Assembly: GCA_040285825.1 (NCBI GenBank)
Contig: JAUPSS010000016.1
Coordinates: 1-64,000, forward strand
Length of the DNA stretch: 64,000 nucleotides
Direction: 5' to 3'
Source of the DNA: Eukaryota sp. TZLM1-RC
Lineage: Eukaryota; Protista; Metamonada: BaSk clade
Positions within the stretch are counted from its first letter, which is position 1; each line of letters begins with the position of its first letter. The notes beneath the pieces were generated by a model. The model was not told where the DNA came from, made no database searches, and saw nothing but the letters and a program-made list of their open reading frames with translations. Below, one piece after another: positions 60,890 through 64,000 of this stretch. The position numbers and the translations under genes are program-made.

Positions 60890-62520
60890 TCGGCCCATTG
60901 TCTCTTTTACAGCACGGGTTACAACATTTCGTTATTCTGTCCAAACAAATAGGGTTAGATATTAAATTGCCCAAGTGTTTCATTATTGGTAATCAGAATG
61001 CTGAGGTAGCATTTAATGAAACTTTTATCAAATACGTTGATTATGAGGAAGATGCGATTCGTTTTCTTGGCTCTTATTTTGGAAATTGTGAAAAAGTTAA
61101 ATCGATTTTGTCAGGTATTTTGGGAATACTTGAAGAACAACTTTTAGCTATTCAAGAACTGAAAATTGACAAGCATTTAGCGTTTTCGGTCCTAAATGTG
61201 TGTTTTGGATCAAAAATTAATCACCTTCTTCATTCTTTATCCCCCACAATTTTTCATGATTTTGCACGTCAATTTACTACTTTGAGAACAAATTTCTTGG
61301 GAGATTTGGTAGAAGTTTGTCCATCAAAAATTCCTTATCATGCATTTCTTAGTCCTAAATTTGGGGGAGTTGGTATTTCAAAAGCAGAGTATTTATGCAA
61401 AAGTGCTTTTATTGGTGGTATGAAAAATTTTCTTTTTGAATGGAGACTTCGTTTTGATCATATTCCTTTAAATGAATCACATTCTTTATTAATATCTCTT
61501 GAAAAAATGGTGCAAGAACTATCTGTTGATGTTTGGAATAGGAGTTTTCCTTCAAGTTTGCCTGCTGTGCCTTTGAGATCTTTCACCAATCTTCATCTTG
61601 CTGTTGTGAAAAGACAGAAGTCTGTTCTTATTGGTTTTGAAGACCTGGATTTTTCTAAACGACTTAGTGTGACTAAGATTAACAATCCCGTCTTTGCTGC
61701 CTTTTTATCAGACATCCAGAACTGCACTAGTTTAATATCTCAGCAACCAAGGCCATTTGGTCTTCACTTAACAAATGAAGCATGGAGACAAAACATGCGG
61801 TTGAGATTGGGGCTGTATCCAAGTGGTCTTTTGGATAATTCTGTTTGTATTTGTAACGAAAAACCTACTGCCAATTTCATATTGTTAGTTGTAAGAAATT
61901 CCTTCAATATCGGTCAGTTCTTCATAATGCCATTCGTGATGTGACATATGAGATGTTCAAGTGTTACAATTTTAGTTGCAAAGTAGAACCGTTGTTGAAG
62001 CATTATAGCGATAATAATCTGTTTAATTCATGTCGAGGTGATTTAATTGCTCCTTTTGTGGATTCCTCTCAGGTTGTTGTTGATTTTACTACAGTTGATC
62101 CCTTTGCTTTTATTTATCGTGATGATGTTTTACTTAGTGCTAATGGTCATTTAAACAAGGCTGAAGATCGTAAAAGAGATAAATAAACTGAGATATTAAA
62201 TGATTTAAATAAGAATCTTTACTCGAAGTTTTCGTTTGTTCTTTTTGCCTTTTCGATTTTTGGCAACATTGGACAGTCCGCCTTGAATTTTATCAATGAT
62301 TTTGGTAATTTATGTCGTTCAAGTGGTAAGAATTTTGCAGGGAATTTATGGAAGAATCGTATCATTTTCGCTTTGTGCAGAAGTGTTCCCAAGTACTTGA
62401 GTTTAATGATGTCCAAGATTTACAAGGATTCATCAAGAGTTGGCATGGAGAATTTTGTTTCTTATGTGTTTTAGCTTGTTTTGTTATGTTGTGTTACTTT
62501 TTTTAGTAAATTTATAAATA
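60890..62520 (+). mobile_element. 5'-truncated RLE retrotransposon with RT C-terminus (array member 2)
   Basis: IGLDIKLPKC..RFLGSYFG (RT end), SPKFGGVGI, MRLRLG, RGDL..VDFTTVDP, WKNRIIF. Confidence 0.87.
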
Positions 62521-62532
62521 AAAATATCTCAA

Positions 62533-63263
62533 ATAGCCTTGGATTATTTCCCTCAGAACTATTGGATAATAGTGTTTGTTGCTGTGTTAAAAGACCTAAA
62601 GCTGATTTCAAACATATTGTCAGTTATAAAAAGTTCCTTCAGTTCAGGTCAATCTTACACAATTCAGTTCGTGATGTGACATATGAGATGTTTAGGTGTC
62701 ATGGTTTTAATGGGAAAATAGAACCTTTACTGAAACACTACAGTGATAACGATATTTTCAACTGTCGTCGTGGAGATTTGATTGTACCCTTTACTAACTC
62801 ATCTCAGGCGGTTGTTGATTTTACTACCGTTGACCCTTGTGCAAAAGTGTATTTGTCTTCAGTTTTTAATGATGAAAATTCGCATCTGTGTCAGGCGGAG
62901 GCACGTAAGAATCAGTTGTATGATGAAGTAATGAGGAATCTTTATCAAAATTTATACTCTTCTTTTGTCTTCATTCCATTTGCAATTTCGATTTTTGGAA
63001 GCATTGGTAAGATAGGTCAAAAGTTTCTTGATTCTTTTGCCAAATTATGTCTTGAACGTAACAGATTATTTAACATTTCCATTTGGCGTAATAGAATCAT
63101 CTTTGCTTTATTTCGAAGCTTTCCCAAATACTTGTCTCAGATATTCAAAAAGTTATATAGAAGTGTAAGGGTAGATGTGGAGAATTTTTCTTCTTATAAG
63201 TTCTAGCTCTTAGCTGTATGTTGTCACTCTATAATAATAAACAAATAAATAATAAAATAAATT
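62533..63263 (+). mobile_element. 5'-truncated RLE retrotransposon (array member 3)
   Basis: HNSVRD, RGDL..VDFTTVDP, RKNQLY, IPFAISIFGSIG, WRNRIIF; close paralogue of member 2; A-rich tail. Confidence 0.87.
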
Positions 63264-63313
63264 AAAATATCTCAACTTTTTACAACTTTTAATCCTTTGC
63301 TTTCATTCAGTCG

Positions 63314-64000
63314 ATGTCTCTCGAAAACTACAAGGATCTCAACGTCAATCTTTCATTGCTTGACCACCATGTGGTTGATTTTCTCATCGATGAGGCTGGT
63401 GTCATCTCTGAATCCGTTCGCTCTCGATTGTCTTCATCAACTTCACCTGATCCCACAAGATTACCATTAGATGCTTCACAGATTCAACGTCTTCGTTCCA
63501 TTTGCCGTCGTATCACCACAGACAGTGACCTTTCTTTTTGCCTTAAAGATCTCCACAATGAAGTTGATTCTACACCAGCCCTGGAGTCATCCCCCTCTGT
63601 CCAGCATGCATTACTTTCACTTCATAAGCTTCACCTATCTGATCTATTAACTCAGTCTAGGAGAAATGACGCTTTCTTCTACATCAAGTCAGTTTATATT
63701 CCACTAGTTTTGAAATACAGATCCGCTGATAATATTCAGGACCTTAAATCAATCACAATCAATTTGATGACGTCATCAAAGTCAGATTCCCTTTTTCCAT
63801 CTCTAAGTATATCTTCTGATGCAAAAAGAAAGGAAATCGCCAGTTCAATTCAGTCATCGTTCTTAACCTCCCTTGGGGGTCGACTTTCCAAATTTGGAAC
63901 AATCATTCGATACCTAACCGGTCCAGTCCTTCAATATTATTCCATTTTTAATGAGCAAAAAATCACCTCAACTCTCTCCCCAGATAGAATTTCACTTATT
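63314..64000 (+). CDS. Partial gene, LisH/CTLH/CRA-like (GID complex-type) protein, runs off the window
   Basis: Frame open from ATG 63314 to the window end (229 codons, absent from the track): LDHHVVDFL, LLSLHKLHLSDLL..AFFYIK, RKEIASSIQSSFL. Confidence 0.6.
   Translation, partial: MSLENYKDLNVNLSLLDHHVVDFLIDEAGVISESVRSRLSSSTSPDPTRLPLDASQIQRLRSICRRITTDSDLSFCLKDLHNEVDSTPALESSPSVQHALLSLHKLHLSDLLTQSRRNDAFFYIKSVYIPLVLKYRSADNIQDLKSITINLMTSSKSDSLFPSLSISSDAKRKEIASSIQSSFLTSLGGRLSKFGTIIRYLTGPVLQYYSIFNEQKITSTLSPDRISLI

Overview
AT-rich, gene-compact eukaryotic (protist-like) genomic DNA in the standard genetic code. Host genes are embedded in a dense, nested field of transposable elements (TEs). Host genes: a ~5,600-aa surface protein with ten near-identical 846-bp internal repeats (split in the ORF track by five T4-to-T5 homopolymer slips), two RCC1+LRR paralogues plus two decayed copies, a small membrane protein with a probable 28-nt spliceosomal intron, a head-to-head CinA/PncC and nagB pair, TFIIE-alpha, a partial LisH/CTLH/CRA gene, and three tRNAs (Arg-ACG, Asn-GTT, Ile-AAT). 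Mobile DNA: a full-length Ty3/Gypsy element with 79-bp LTRs and a chromodomain-like tail, a young gag-only LTR element sharing its cis-signals, about a dozen truncated non-LTR retrotransposons with a restriction-like endonuclease (RLE; CRE-like), two MULE remnants, a pogo-like remnant, four MITE-sized elements and two decayed Fanzor (eukaryotic TnpB-like) genes. Best novelty candidates: (1) tandem RLE copies both ending at the same LSU rRNA sequence, suggesting an rDNA site-specific element; (2) two divergent Fanzors that both have Asn at the RuvC-III Asp and both stop 78-79 nt upstream of a co-oriented host ATG; (3) two LTR elements with unrelated LTRs sharing a palindromic, non-canonical primer-binding region. 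All family calls come from reading motifs by eye; no searches were run, and boundaries of decayed elements are approximate.
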